IMG/VR virus record: IMGVR_UViG_3300034082_001676
Coordinates: 1 to 64,000 of that record
DNA length: 64,000 bases
Origin: an uncultured virus (IMG/VR IMGVR_UViG_3300034082_001676)
Lineage: Duplodnaviria; Heunggongvirae; Uroviricota; Caudoviricetes
Reading direction: 5' to 3' (one strand)
How positions within the stretch are numbered: the stretch's first letter is position 1; each line of letters opens with the position of its first letter. The notes under the pieces are model-generated. The model worked only from the letters and a program-made list of their open reading frames with translations. It ran no database searches and was not told the origin of the DNA. Made by a program: the position numbers and the translations under genes. Below are positions 25,477 through 35,729 of the stretch, piece after piece.

Positions 25477-27806
25477 AATTTACAGGCCTCGCAGTCCTCT
25501 TCTATTTCATATCCATTTACAGAATTTGTGTGTCCGTTTACTTGCACCACTAATTGTTCTTCTTGCATTTTGCTTCCTGCTTTGTTAATCAAGCTATAGT
25601 AGAATGTTTTTAATCCCCACATATGTGCCTGCATCAAATTCTTAGCAATCAGGGTTGTTGGAACTTTGCGTTCTGGAAAATGTGCAGGATTATAGAATGT
25701 GTTAGTTGAAATTGATTGATCAACATAAGCAGCAATAACAGCCGCTGTTTTCAAATAACCATCGCAGTCTTTTTGTTCCCACATCAATTGATATTTGTTT
25801 TTTAATCTATTATATTCTGGAACAACCTGCGTAAACGATCCTGCCTTTGATTCTTTAGTGCTGATCAAGCTCATTGGCATTTCAATGCCGTTAGTTGAAT
25901 CAATTACCACTGAGCTTGATTCAACAGGTGCTACCGCCATCAAGGTGGCATTACGAACACCGTGTTCTTTCATATTCGTACGTAGTGCTTCCCAATCAAG
26001 TTCAGGCGTAAAGTCTGCTAGTTCGTTGACTCCCTTAGCCCGCAGTTCCCAGGGAAACACACCTTGTCCGTAACGTGTTTTGGCACTCTCTAAACAAGGT
26101 CCACGTTCCTTGGCCAGTTCAACTGTGGCTTCTGTGAGATAGTAGGCCTGATGCTCCATCCAGGTTTTGACTTCTGCCAATGCATCCTGTTCCCCGTACT
26201 TCAATGAACGCTTGGCGTGCCAATAGGCTAGATTAGTAATGCCAATGCCTAGGGGCTGTATCTCATCATTACTTAATTTACTTTGTATTGATAAGAAGTC
26301 TTGATAGTCAAGAATGTTACACAGGCTACGCTGTAGAATCCTGCAGGCTCTACGCATATCCTCCGGGTTCCGGAACGCTCCCCAGTTGATAGATCCCAGT
26401 GTACATAACGCTATGCGGCCATCCTCGTCGTCTAATCTCTTAAATGAACGGGTGGGTAATAGGATCTCACAACACAAGTTACTTTGATAAATCGTATGAT
26501 ACTCAGGATCAAATGGTCCTTGATTCATTACATTATCAATGAATACAAGATATATTCGACCTGTGTCTGTGCGTTCTTTCAGTATACCACTCTTGAAAAC
26601 TTCTTCGGCACTCATGGTCTTGGTACGCAGGTCTTTGCGTTTTTCGTACTTTACGTAGAGCTCTTCGAAGCGTTCTGTGTTTTGATAAAACGCTTCGTAT
26701 AAGTCTGGTACTTGGTTGGGATCAAAGAACGTTATTTGTTCTTTGTTTTTAAATCGTCTCCAGAAGAAAGCACTAAGCACAACCCCATAATCCATATGAC
26801 GGACTCGGGTTTCTTCTGTTCCTTGGTTGTTTTTAAGCACAATAAGATCATCAAACTGATGATGCCAAATAGGATAAAAAACAGTAGCACTTGCATTACG
26901 AATACCTCCTTGACTGCAACTTCTTAGGTCGCCGAACCATTTTTTCAGGAAAGGTATCATACCTGTGTGCATAATCTCACCACCACGGATGGGACTGCCT
27001 AGTGGACGCAATCGTCCTATCTCCAAACCAATGCCTGCTCGCTTGCTGGCATACTTGGCCATCATTTCACCTGAAGCAAATATACTGTCCAGATCATCGT
27101 CACTCCTGATAAGTACGCAACTACTAAACTGTTTAGTAGGAGTCCCAAGACCAGCGAGCACAGGAGTAGCAAGAGTAAACAAGCCGTCACTAGCTGCTGT
27201 GTAATATTCTTTGATGTAGCGCATTCTCGATGCATTCTGTTCTTCTCGGTGAAATACAGTAGCGGCCGCGACCATGTATCTAATTTGTGGAGTTTCATAA
27301 GTTTCCTTTGTGGCACGATTCTTGACCAAATATTTTTCAATCAACTGCTCGATGGCAGCATACCCATATTCTTCATCTTTAGAATGATCCAGCATGTCAT
27401 TCATCTTGTTCCAATCTTCTTCGTTGTACCAAGTCAATAATTCAGCTGTGTACAAACCAGTGGCCACATTGGTTTTTACAATCTCGTAGAGGTGGGGAGG
27501 CTCGTAGGAGCCATAAACATCCTTACGCAACATACTTAAACGTTGCTTGCCTGCTACATATTGATAGTTAACATGTCCAACATCTGGATTTGATTCTACA
27601 TCAATCAAATCCACAATAGCTCTCAGCGTGATGCCATCTATTTCTTGTGTGGTGATTCCATCGTAAAAATGTGGCTGGGCTTTGATTTCAATCATGCTCT
27701 GACTGACATCGGCTATTCCTCTACATACTTTTGCAATCTGTGTCTGCCATTTTTCCAGTGTCAACTGTTCTCTTTGCCCATTGCGTTTAATCACCGTTAT
27801 TGTCAT
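25473..27806 (-). CDS. nrdA: Ribonucleotide reductase class Ia alpha subunit
   Basis: N-terminal ATP cone (VIKRNG), QFSSCVL, SNLCCEI, KTFYY, C-terminal CEACKL; start moved to ATG 27806. Confidence 0.98.
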   Translation of the reverse strand: MTITVIKRNGQREQLTLEKWQTQIAKVCRGIADVSQSMIEIKAQPHFYDGITTQEIDGITLRAIVDLIDVESNPDVGHVNYQYVAGKQRLSMLRKDVYGSYEPPHLYEIVKTNVATGLYTAELLTWYNEEDWNKMNDMLDHSKDEEYGYAAIEQLIEKYLVKNRATKETYETPQIRYMVAAATVFHREEQNASRMRYIKEYYTAASDGLFTLATPVLAGLGTPTKQFSSCVLIRSDDDLDSIFASGEMMAKYASKRAGIGLEIGRLRPLGSPIRGGEIMHTGMIPFLKKWFGDLRSCSQGGIRNASATVFYPIWHHQFDDLIVLKNNQGTEETRVRHMDYGVVLSAFFWRRFKNKEQITFFDPNQVPDLYEAFYQNTERFEELYVKYEKRKDLRTKTMSAEEVFKSGILKERTDTGRIYLVFIDNVMNQGPFDPEYHTIYQSNLCCEILLPTRSFKRLDDEDGRIALCTLGSINWGAFRNPEDMRRACRILQRSLCNILDYQDFLSIQSKLSNDEIQPLGIGITNLAYWHAKRSLKYGEQDALAEVKTWMEHQAYYLTEATVELAKERGPCLESAKTRYGQGVFPWELRAKGVNELADFTPELDWEALRTNMKEHGVRNATLMAVAPVESSSVVIDSTNGIEMPMSLISTKESKAGSFTQVVPEYNRLKNKYQLMWEQKDCDGYLKTAAVIAAYVDQSISTNTFYNPAHFPERKVPTTLIAKNLMQAHMWGLKTFYYSLINKAGSKMQEEQLVVQVNGHTNSVNGYEIEEDCEACKL

Positions 27807-27840
27807 TGTTTTCTCTACGTTATTCTTTGCGATCTGATAT

Positions 27841-28263
27841 TTATTTGTTACTGTTATTTGTCCAGATGATGCTGGTTTCAACTCCGCTTAATTCAACAGT
27901 TGACAAAACACACCCATATTCCAGGTTTAAAACGTGATTGTCTACTACCAAAAAATATTTACTGTACCTACTGGCTTCCATTGTAGACATATGTATCTCA
28001 AATCGACTTGCTATAAACCGCTGTGTTAACTTTAAAGTATACAGCATTCCAAGAACAATAGCAAGCTCATCTAGTTTAGAATTTAAAACTAGATGCCAAG
28101 GATCCGGCCACTTGTCCGGAGTAAGGGGGTTGAGATAATGACTAACAAATGGTGCTCGACTCCAAAGATGTGCAACATCCTCTAGTGGAGTTTGGCTAGT
28201 TTCTATGCTATCACGAAATTGTTTCCATTTTATTAATCTATCATTGTTGTATAGATCAAACAC
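27841..28263 (-). CDS. Hypothetical phage protein
   Basis: WPDPWHL motif; probable GTG start overlapping upstream stop. Confidence 0.7.
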   Translation of the reverse strand: MFDLYNNDRLIKWKQFRDSIETSQTPLEDVAHLWSRAPFVSHYLNPLTPDKWPDPWHLVLNSKLDELAIVLGMLYTLKLTQRFIASRFEIHMSTMEASRYSKYFLVVDNHVLNLEYGCVLSTVELSGVETSIIWTNNSNK

Positions 28264-30127
28264 CGTAGGTAATATTATATTCGATTGAACCAATAGCACC
28301 AGAAATTAATGGGTTTTGATATTTAAGAAGTAGGGTGTCATTATTTGGTCCAGCTGAATCATCATAGTTGCTGTTGTTTTTTAGTTCTGCAAAAAATTCG
28401 AATCCTGTCATAACAATTCCTCCTCCCGAATAGGTATATGTATCTGAAATTTCTATGTCAGTGTTAAATGTGTTAATCACTATGACAACTTGTCCGGTCC
28501 TTACGTGCTGACCTAATCTCAAAGTGTAATCAACATAAATGTAGTTGTTGTATGCACTGAACACAGCCAATGGTCTTGGTGCATCACTGAGATATAGTTC
28601 GCTGTAGTTTCTATCCACTAGGCTGGCTGAGCTAGCATTTTCAAATTCCACTCTAGTATCTGCAGTAGTCACACTGACAATTCCAGATTCTTGATGTCGA
28701 TTGCTGGAACAGTTTACCAATGTGTTGCCGAAGGATTCACCAAATGACACTATACTAGTATATGGTGAAGACGCACTGTTGGTGTTGTTGCCACAGTTGG
28801 TGAATCTAGATCTTTGAAACTGTGTTCCTCTTCCTTGAGTACTAATGAATGCTTGATTGGCCACTTCTTCAAAGTGACAGTCGTCAATGTGCCAAAGATT
28901 TCCCTGACCAACAACACCGCCAATATATATTCCTGTATCACAGACAAAAAATTCACAGTGTTCAAAATCCACTACTGAATCAAATGACACAGTCTGTTGG
29001 CATTCCACTGCCAATGGTGTTGAATGCCATTTGCAATCTTCAAACACCAGTTTGTTGACTCTGGTGCCAAACAAGTTATTTTCCCAAAATACTGATGCAG
29101 TTACATTGGCAGACCCATCTGTGAATTCTGCCAGCACTGGAGTAATAGTGCTGGTACTGCCGCTGCCCGAAGACAAGCTGGTCACTGTGAAATTAGATTG
29201 CACTGTTGCGGCCAATGTTGCATCTGACTTGGAACTAATTTTAATACTACCGCCTACCACAACAGCTTCAAAGTTTGCACTAAATGTGGCATCAGCATTT
29301 AATGTTCCTACTGCTATGCCTAGGGTGTTGGCAAAAGTACTGGTAAAGGCAGTGTTGATAGTTGAACTCACTCCGCTGCCCGATACTATGACGTTACCAC
29401 CTATACTCATTGTGGGTATGTTGTACAAACAACTGGCATTTTCCGGCACAAACACAGCATCACCTAACACATATCCAGATTGCCATTTAACACTTTTGAA
29501 TTTACATTCCTGTGAACCGGTTATGACTGTTTGACCATCGTTATGATTAATGGTTAAATTTTCTATCACAATGCCTTGCGGTCTACCGGAGATGTCTTGG
29601 AAGATAATATTGTTATCTCCTATTTCTAGAACTGTTTCTTGTGAATTTTCTCCCTTGATCAACACATTGCTAGGTATAATTAGATCATCAAGAAAAAGAT
29701 ACACACCATTTGGCACAGCCAATATTTTTTTAAATTTATCGTTGGAATTTTTAAACAGTTCATCAATGGCCGTGGTAAATGCTAGAGTGCTGTCAGTTGA
29801 TCCGTCTGGTATTGCACCAAAATCTACCACACTGACCTGTATCTCATCTATTTTAGACTGCAATCCACGAGCAATACTGAGAGTAATTGAATTATCATCG
29901 GCAGCAAATCTATAGCTGGCGGCCAATTCTAAAATATTATCGTGTTCAGTAAGGACTTTGGTGTTGCCCACTGCCGGGGCACCTTCAGCAACACTGCCGT
30001 TGCCTATGAATAGTTCTTGACTGTCAACAGCCCAGGCAAATTCTGCTGAACTCAGTTGTGGAACACCTATGCCTGAATTTTTTTGGCCTCTTCTGACCTG
30101 GATTTTCGAGATTTGAATTACAGCCAC
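28256..30127 (-). CDS. Baseplate/tail-associated protein with pectate-lyase-like beta-helix
   Basis: MAVIQISKIQVRRG...ELFIGNG N-terminus; SVVDFGAIPDGSTDST...VPNGVY beta-helix entry motif. Confidence 0.7.
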   Translation of the reverse strand: MAVIQISKIQVRRGQKNSGIGVPQLSSAEFAWAVDSQELFIGNGSVAEGAPAVGNTKVLTEHDNILELAASYRFAADDNSITLSIARGLQSKIDEIQVSVVDFGAIPDGSTDSTLAFTTAIDELFKNSNDKFKKILAVPNGVYLFLDDLIIPSNVLIKGENSQETVLEIGDNNIIFQDISGRPQGIVIENLTINHNDGQTVITGSQECKFKSVKWQSGYVLGDAVFVPENASCLYNIPTMSIGGNVIVSGSGVSSTINTAFTSTFANTLGIAVGTLNADATFSANFEAVVVGGSIKISSKSDATLAATVQSNFTVTSLSSGSGSTSTITPVLAEFTDGSANVTASVFWENNLFGTRVNKLVFEDCKWHSTPLAVECQQTVSFDSVVDFEHCEFFVCDTGIYIGGVVGQGNLWHIDDCHFEEVANQAFISTQGRGTQFQRSRFTNCGNNTNSASSPYTSIVSFGESFGNTLVNCSSNRHQESGIVSVTTADTRVEFENASSASLVDRNYSELYLSDAPRPLAVFSAYNNYIYVDYTLRLGQHVRTGQVVIVINTFNTDIEISDTYTYSGGGIVMTGFEFFAELKNNSNYDDSAGPNNDTLLLKYQNPLISGAIGSIEYNITYGV

Positions 30128-30156
30128 TTTGATATCCTCTATGCGTTATAGAGTAT

Positions 30157-30852
30157 TTATCTACCTAGCTTGTAGTATTCCTCTACCTTTGTGAGCCAGG
30201 CATCCTGCCACTTGTTGAAGTCTGTAGGTTCTAGTGTGAACTGCTGATATTGAAAGTCTCGTGAACACATAAAGATAACACCTTTCTTGATGTCTGTGCC
30301 ATAGACTTCATTATGTGCTAATATATAGGCCATCAGCTGTAGGTAGTAATCTTCTACCCATTCCGCTTTCTTGGGCTTGTTGGTCTGTTTGTAATCGCAT
30401 ACTGCGGGCTCTCCATCGTGTACTGCAACTAGATCAGTTGTACCTGAAAACAATCCCGGATAGTATAGACTCTGTTCCATAGCCCATACTTCGGATACTT
30501 TTGATAATCCATTTTCAATAATAACATCAGCCATTTTGTTAGCCTGTACGTGAACAGGATTGTTACCAGGCTGTCGTTGTATACCAGCAATGAATCTTTC
30601 TAGATTGCTGTGCATGGCTGTGCCTACGCCTGCAGCTTCAGTGGTAATCTGTTGTGCTTTTTCAACTCCTACTCGTTTCTTCCATTCGTTCAAATGAGTC
30701 ATGTCTTTGGTGGCACTCAATATAGTAGTCACTGAGGGTAGACTTTCGCCGTCGGGAGTTTGGTAAACACGTTTACGTGTTACGGGGTCGTTGATTTGAA
30801 CACAATTTTTATATTGGAAACGTTCAACAAAGGGTGGTGGGTTGATAATCAT
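30157..30852 (-). CDS. PD-(D/E)XK exonuclease (Cas4/MGME1-like phage family)
   Basis: PSVTTIL, GTAMH, GTTDL, DYKQT, YYLQLMAY. Confidence 0.88.
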   Translation of the reverse strand: MIINPPPFVERFQYKNCVQINDPVTRKRVYQTPDGESLPSVTTILSATKDMTHLNEWKKRVGVEKAQQITTEAAGVGTAMHSNLERFIAGIQRQPGNNPVHVQANKMADVIIENGLSKVSEVWAMEQSLYYPGLFSGTTDLVAVHDGEPAVCDYKQTNKPKKAEWVEDYYLQLMAYILAHNEVYGTDIKKGVIFMCSRDFQYQQFTLEPTDFNKWQDAWLTKVEEYYKLGR

Positions 30853-30861
30853 ATACTGTAT

Positions 30862-30890
30862 ATATTACAGTAAAGATATTATGTTGTCAA
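30862..30890 (-). promoter_or_regulatory. Sigma70-type promoter
   Basis: TTGACA-N17-TAATAT, 9 nt before ATG; overlapped by TACTGTA-N5-TACAGTA palindrome. Confidence 0.6.
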
Positions 30891-31255
30891 GCCTGGGTGG
30901 CTAATTGTTGTGGGGCAGCACTGGCTGCAATTTTATCTACTTCCGCTTGACTGTCTTTGGTGCCGTCTGGTTTTTGTTTTTCGCTGCCGGCGCCTGGCAC
31001 TTTGAGCTCAATGCCGTCATCATTGAAATTTGAAATCATTGCCTGTACTGCCGGACTTGAATCGTACATGGCTTTGAAAGTTTCATAATCAGCGGTAAGC
31101 TCAAATCCGTTGATTGCTAAAACTTTGTTGAGTCCGTTCCAATTTAATTTCGAAGGGGCTTTTTGACTGGCAGCACGACCTATATAGTTTCTAAGAACCA
31201 TTATGAATCGATCAATTTCTATTCCGGAGTTTCCGCCAAATTCAAAAAATCTCAT
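30887..31255 (-). CDS. Hypothetical (candidate head-associated) protein
   Basis: N-terminus MRFFEF; in late operon. Confidence 0.7.
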   Translation of the reverse strand: MRFFEFGGNSGIEIDRFIMVLRNYIGRAASQKAPSKLNWNGLNKVLAINGFELTADYETFKAMYDSSPAVQAMISNFNDDGIELKVPGAGSEKQKPDGTKDSQAEVDKIAASAAPQQLATQA

Positions 31256-31554
31256 TTTAGTGTGCTCAATTCTTTAGTAAGTTCTTGAATCTGCTTTTGC
31301 ATTTCTTTAATCTGCTCTTGAATGGCTTTCTTTCGTTCGGCCATCTGTTTGACCTGAGCTGCCTGCTGTTTGGCCATTGCTTGAGGATCCATTGCTGGGG
31401 CCGGTGGCTGACCGGCAGCTGGAGGTTTTGATCCTGCAGCACCAGCTGCAAATGTTCCCAACGGAGACGGTTTAGCACCCGGAGCCGCTGCACCAGGCAT
31501 AGGAGGTGTTAACTCTCTTAGTCGTAACCCACTGGTGAATTCTTCGAGTTTCAT
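31252..31554 (-). CDS. Pro/Ala-rich coiled-coil hypothetical protein
   Basis: MKLEEF...LRE; ATGA overlaps. Confidence 0.7.
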   Translation of the reverse strand: MKLEEFTSGLRLRELTPPMPGAAAPGAKPSPLGTFAAGAAGSKPPAAGQPPAPAMDPQAMAKQQAAQVKQMAERKKAIQEQIKEMQKQIQELTKELSTLK

Positions 31555-32762
31555 CCTGCTAATGCTCTCATCAAACGATTCTGATGGTTGATACTTTCGC
31601 GCATCTCACGACCTGCTTCTTCTGCACCACCTGCAGCTGGCTCAGCAGCGGCAAATTCGTCTCCACCTAATTCAGCATCTGCGTTCATGGCATCGGGTTC
31701 AGCAGCCATGTCAGCTGCCGGCTCGCCGCCTAACATATTGACAGGCTGTTCTTCACCTGTTAGTGTACGTACTCCAGTGGCCAATGCTTCACGTGTGGTC
31801 TTGAGATTTTCCAAGGCTGATTGAATTGCCGGAGCCACTGCTTCAATAAATCCCTTTGCCTGTTCTTGTCCCATTTCGTCACGGATGCTATCACCTAACT
31901 GCAATAGAGTATCATTCTCCATACCGCTTAGTTCTTCAATCCAACGGCCCACTCTGTCAACCATGGTCTTTGCTGTGACGATCGCACTTGCTTGCTGGAT
32001 CTCACCTTCTCTTAAATTATTCATACTTTCTCCTGTTTGTTCTATGCTTTCATTCTCTTTTTTGTAAATCTTATTGTCAGCTTTTTCACTGCCTCTCATA
32101 CGATTCATAACTTTCTTTGCACTCTTGTCTGTGGTCATATAGTCGCCGGAAGTCATTGTGTTTACAATGTCTTTGCCTGCTTTGTCTTGATAAGATTTTA
32201 GAGTGTTTGTACTTAATTCTGTTTGAATGTTTTCGCTTCCAACCATATCTTTGAACTGATCTTCTAGATCTTCTAGGTAGTCGGCCATGTCAATTTCGCC
32301 ACCGTCTTGATCACTATAGGCATAATATACTTCTTCCACAGCAGATTCAACATCACCTTGATTGAGAGCTGCTAGTACTTTATTATAATCAGGATCACCG
32401 TAGCCACCACGTTCGTTCATGTTTTCATCAAAGTTTTTGAGGATCATCATCAATGCTTGTTTGTCGATGTCTGCACCTTCTTGTACTGTGTTGTCTACAA
32501 TAGGTTCATCACGCTCTGATAATTCAGCTACTATGGCATCGTGCATGAACTGTGCCTGTGACAGTGCATCATTTTCCACAGTTTCATTGAAGCCAGAACT
32601 GCTACGTGCTGTGTAGATCTGTGTGCGCAGTTTGTTTCTAGCATCTTCCAGCTGTTCAACATTGAATGTTTCTAGATTCAGTTTGCGACCAAAAGTCTTA
32701 AACATACTTTCGTTCAGTCTTTTACTGGTTCTATTAATTTTGAAGAGATCTGTGGTTTTCAT
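31551..32762 (-). CDS. Acidic protein, candidate prohead core/scaffold
   Basis: Very acidic, multiple (L/I/V)xE sites, C-terminal AGREMRES; TAAATA upstream. Confidence 0.5.
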   Translation of the reverse strand: MKTTDLFKINRTSKRLNESMFKTFGRKLNLETFNVEQLEDARNKLRTQIYTARSSSGFNETVENDALSQAQFMHDAIVAELSERDEPIVDNTVQEGADIDKQALMMILKNFDENMNERGGYGDPDYNKVLAALNQGDVESAVEEVYYAYSDQDGGEIDMADYLEDLEDQFKDMVGSENIQTELSTNTLKSYQDKAGKDIVNTMTSGDYMTTDKSAKKVMNRMRGSEKADNKIYKKENESIEQTGESMNNLREGEIQQASAIVTAKTMVDRVGRWIEELSGMENDTLLQLGDSIRDEMGQEQAKGFIEAVAPAIQSALENLKTTREALATGVRTLTGEEQPVNMLGGEPAADMAAEPDAMNADAELGGDEFAAAEPAAGGAEEAGREMRESINHQNRLMRALAG

Positions 32763-32793
32763 ATTGGTTGATCCATAGTGATGTATTATTTAT

Positions 32794-33234
32794 TCAGAAA
32801 TAAGTCAAAGCGGTTACAGTTTCTTTGGCAGCTAGAGTTTTATCTCTGCTTTCGCAGTACCTTGCCCAAAGAGTATCCGCTTTTTCATAGTTTTTAGTTA
32901 TGACAGCTTTTTGATACTGTGTTCTTAGAATCTGACTATCTGTGAACCATTTGCCGTACTCTTGGTCTAATCTGTAAATTTTATCTACGGTTGCAGAATT
33001 GGTATTTTTTGTCACTAGATTGGCCATTCTGATTGCTGTGGCATTGAGATTAATGTTGCTGTAGATAAGACTGTTGTGCCTATAAAGATGTTTTGTAGTT
33101 TCTTCACTGACGATTAACACATCACCTACAAGAATACCTTCAGCAACCTTCAGTGGCAGAATGTGGTTGTCAGCTATGAGTTTATGCTGTGCGTTAGCTA
33201 CTAAGTGCTCTAACCGCCGCTGTATGTTTGTCAT
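32794..33234 (-). CDS. Hypothetical protein
   Basis: 146 aa ORF with upstream TAAATA. Confidence 0.7.
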   Translation of the reverse strand: MTNIQRRLEHLVANAQHKLIADNHILPLKVAEGILVGDVLIVSEETTKHLYRHNSLIYSNINLNATAIRMANLVTKNTNSATVDKIYRLDQEYGKWFTDSQILRTQYQKAVITKNYEKADTLWARYCESRDKTLAAKETVTALTYF

Positions 33235-33276
33235 AAAAAAAGGACCTATGGCCCTTATTTAAGTGGGTGATTGATA

Positions 33277-33582
33277 TTAGCTAAACATCTTGGCAACTAG
33301 ATCCATATGCCCTGATACCCAGCCTAATACCGCTACGCCACCAGCAGTCATATAGATCCATTTTTGTCTAAATTTTTCTAATTCTGTAATTTTACTGGCC
33401 AATTGACTATGTTGTTCACAGCTTGCACCATACATGTCTTCTAGTTTGGCCATGACACTTTCTCTAGTTTTATCTAGACAGTCGTGCATGTCTTTAACAT
33501 CAACCTTGATCTCATCTAATTTTTCGTCTAGGTTCGCTACCTTGGTTTCTACTACACCAAGTCGTTCTACGGTTGTGGCCAT
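33277..33582 (-). CDS. Coiled-coil protein with C-terminal TM helix (holin/XhlA-like)
   Basis: Heptad pattern then WIYMTAGGVAVLGWV. Confidence 0.55.
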   Translation of the reverse strand: MATTVERLGVVETKVANLDEKLDEIKVDVKDMHDCLDKTRESVMAKLEDMYGASCEQHSQLASKITELEKFRQKWIYMTAGGVAVLGWVSGHMDLVAKMFS

Positions 33583-33678
33583 GTAGGCTGTTTCCTTTTA
33601 TGTTAAGTCAAGTGCTCGCTCCGAGCCATGTGCCTAAGTGTTCCGAAATGCCTAATTGTTTTGCCTGTTAAATTATAT

Positions 33679-34083
33679 TTATCCCGCTTGTGAGATTTCG
33701 TATATCCAAATATTTGCACGATCACCTTTGGTTTGAAATATTGAAGGTGTAATATCTACTGAATTATTTAACTGATTTATCACAGGAACACCTTCAAGGT
33801 CATCCAACAGCAGACCCACTGGATCGTCACCAAGTCGAAAAACAAAATCTCTTTCAACTGAAAATTCCCAAATCCAATGAGTGGCAGCACCTTCTATAGC
33901 ATCGGGTAGTCTACCTGTGTGGCATTCTGGGTCTCGATCCCATTCCACATTTGACCTAATGCCAATGGCCTGTATGAGGCTGTTGAAATTGGCCTGTTGC
34001 CCCAATTTCAAATGATCTGTTTCTGATCTAGATGGACGAGAACGTGTGATATCAACCACACTGACAAGTTTGAACAGTTGCAT
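33679..34083 (-). CDS. Hypothetical phage protein
   Basis: VDITR...QQANFNSLIQAIGIRSN. Confidence 0.7.
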   Translation of the reverse strand: MQLFKLVSVVDITRSRPSRSETDHLKLGQQANFNSLIQAIGIRSNVEWDRDPECHTGRLPDAIEGAATHWIWEFSVERDFVFRLGDDPVGLLLDDLEGVPVINQLNNSVDITPSIFQTKGDRANIWIYEISQAG

Positions 34084-34122
34084 AATTATATGCTACTATT
34101 TAACTCTACAAAATTGTAGTCG

Positions 34123-34148
34123 TAAAAAAGCCCGGCGAACCGGGCTTA
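34123..34148 (-). terminator. Intrinsic terminator
   Basis: AAGCCCGG-TTCG-CCGGGCTTTTTT. Confidence 0.85.
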
Positions 34149-34174
34149 GTCTTCCCATCCCTGAGAATTTAAAA

Positions 34175-34543
34175 TTACATACCTTCTAGGTCTGTCGGAA
34201 CAGTTACTGTAATTGTGTTGGAATCAGACAATGTAGCAACACCGCTGCCGGCTGTATTAGTAAATGTACCTGTATCTAGAACTTGAGCAATTAGTCTAGC
34301 AACAGCGTCGATGCTGGTGCTGTGACGATCTGCTACCATAAAAATTTCAAGACCGTTGCTTTTGAATTGAAACAAACGAGCTATAGAACCTAGTGCATCG
34401 GAAATCTTTGCTGCGGCTGCGTCTGAAGCTGCTACTGCTAGTCCTGATCCATTTAGAACTACTTTGTAGAATGTTAATTCGGATGTGTATTGAATTGTAC
34501 CGCGAGCTACTGCTGTTGGATTTGTTCTTGTGAATGTTGCCAT
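34175..34543 (-). CDS. Probable virion structural protein
   Basis: Ala/Thr-rich 122 aa; own TAAATA promoter, strong TAAGGAG SD and terminator. Confidence 0.55.
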   Translation of the reverse strand: MATFTRTNPTAVARGTIQYTSELTFYKVVLNGSGLAVAASDAAAAKISDALGSIARLFQFKSNGLEIFMVADRHSTSIDAVARLIAQVLDTGTFTNTAGSGVATLSDSNTITVTVPTDLEGM

Positions 34544-34628
34544 GATATGTTCTCCTTAAATCAATAGTCCCGCTCCGGGACTGGCATATTATTTAGTCAG
34601 ATTGGAAAAAACCGTGGTCTTAGACCTG

Positions 34629-35729
34629 TTAATCGGCTCGAAACGGAGTCCAGCGATCACGTGGCACTAATTTTGAACCGCCTGCAACATAGCCTTCACC
34701 ACCGGGCTTACCACCTGTAGTTTGTTCTATGTCGCCGCCTGATGCATCTAGCTCACGAATTACTTCGTCTTTGGCCGCCATGATCTCACGCACTAGTTCA
34801 AACATCACATCCATGACTCCGGGGTGCAGTTCGCTGTGTGCCGCTATCTTGGCAGCTTTGGCAGGAGTCTTTTGCTCAAAGGCCATAAAAGCTTCTGTGT
34901 TGATATTGTCCAGTTGTTTTGTTTTCGATTGGTTATTTACAAAAGTGTAAATTTCACTCTGCAGATAGCCCATACCAGCAACAGGAGCTAACAATTTATC
35001 AATGGCCTGTTGATTTTTAGCCAGTGCTTCAATAGCAGCAATATTGTCTGCACCAACTGCTGGTCTATAGCTAACACTGGTCAAGCCAAATACCTTTAGG
35101 TCTGGATTGCCACTAAACTGATCAGGATCGTCAAAGTCCGCACCTGTCTTGTCTCCAAAGTAACCAAACACCTTGTGTGCCGCCACTGCTACCTTGGCCT
35201 TGGCCAATGCTCGACCAATTTCACTAGTGCCAGCAACAGAGTAAGTGGTTTGATTGGGAGTAAATGTAATTTTGCCGTTAGCGCCGGCATATGGTTTGCC
35301 TGGATGGAATAGGATGTCTCCGTAGACATAACCTCGAAACTCTGCAGGAGTTGCACGTTCAAATATGGGCCATAATGCTGCCATATCTCCGGCAAACTTC
35401 TCACGCCAATCTTCGCCTTTGCCACGACTCATGATAAACTGTTTGAGTTCGTCTGGGCTAGAACTTTTGCCTTCCTCACGTCCCCAGTTGTTTTTGCCTA
35501 CCAGTCGGAAACTGCCATCATCCTCACGTCCCCAGTACACTGTGGGATTGCCGTCCCACTTGATCGTGATACTGGTTTCGGGACTGGCTAGATCTTTTAG
35601 TATTTTAATGGCCTTGTTTGCACCATTGGCTTCTGTGAATACAAGATCTTCTAGGTGGTTGAACTCACGGCCCACTTTCTTGGGTGCAGGGGCTGCTTCA
35701 GCTTCACGTAAAAATTCAAATGCTCTCAT
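34629..35729 (-). CDS. RNA-ligase-like nucleotidyltransferase-fold protein (DUF6267-like)
   Basis: HLEDL, TIKWDG (KxDG), GDILF, GEGYV, KLVPR follow ligase motif order I, III, IV, V. Confidence 0.6.
   Translation of the reverse strand: MRAFEFLREAEAAPAPKKVGREFNHLEDLVFTEANGANKAIKILKDLASPETSITIKWDGNPTVYWGREDDGSFRLVGKNNWGREEGKSSSPDELKQFIMSRGKGEDWREKFAGDMAALWPIFERATPAEFRGYVYGDILFHPGKPYAGANGKITFTPNQTTYSVAGTSEIGRALAKAKVAVAAHKVFGYFGDKTGADFDDPDQFSGNPDLKVFGLTSVSYRPAVGADNIAAIEALAKNQQAIDKLLAPVAGMGYLQSEIYTFVNNQSKTKQLDNINTEAFMAFEQKTPAKAAKIAAHSELHPGVMDVMFELVREIMAAKDEVIRELDASGGDIEQTTGGKPGGEGYVAGGSKLVPRDRWTPFRAD

Noticed and set aside
24191..27806. Introns or inteins in nrdA/nrdB
   Set aside because: Both frames are continuous and of normal length; the 62 aa ORF between them has no homing-nuclease motif.
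30157..30852. cas4 as evidence of a CRISPR-Cas system
   Set aside because: Solo PD-(D/E)XK exonuclease common in phages; no other cas genes or array.
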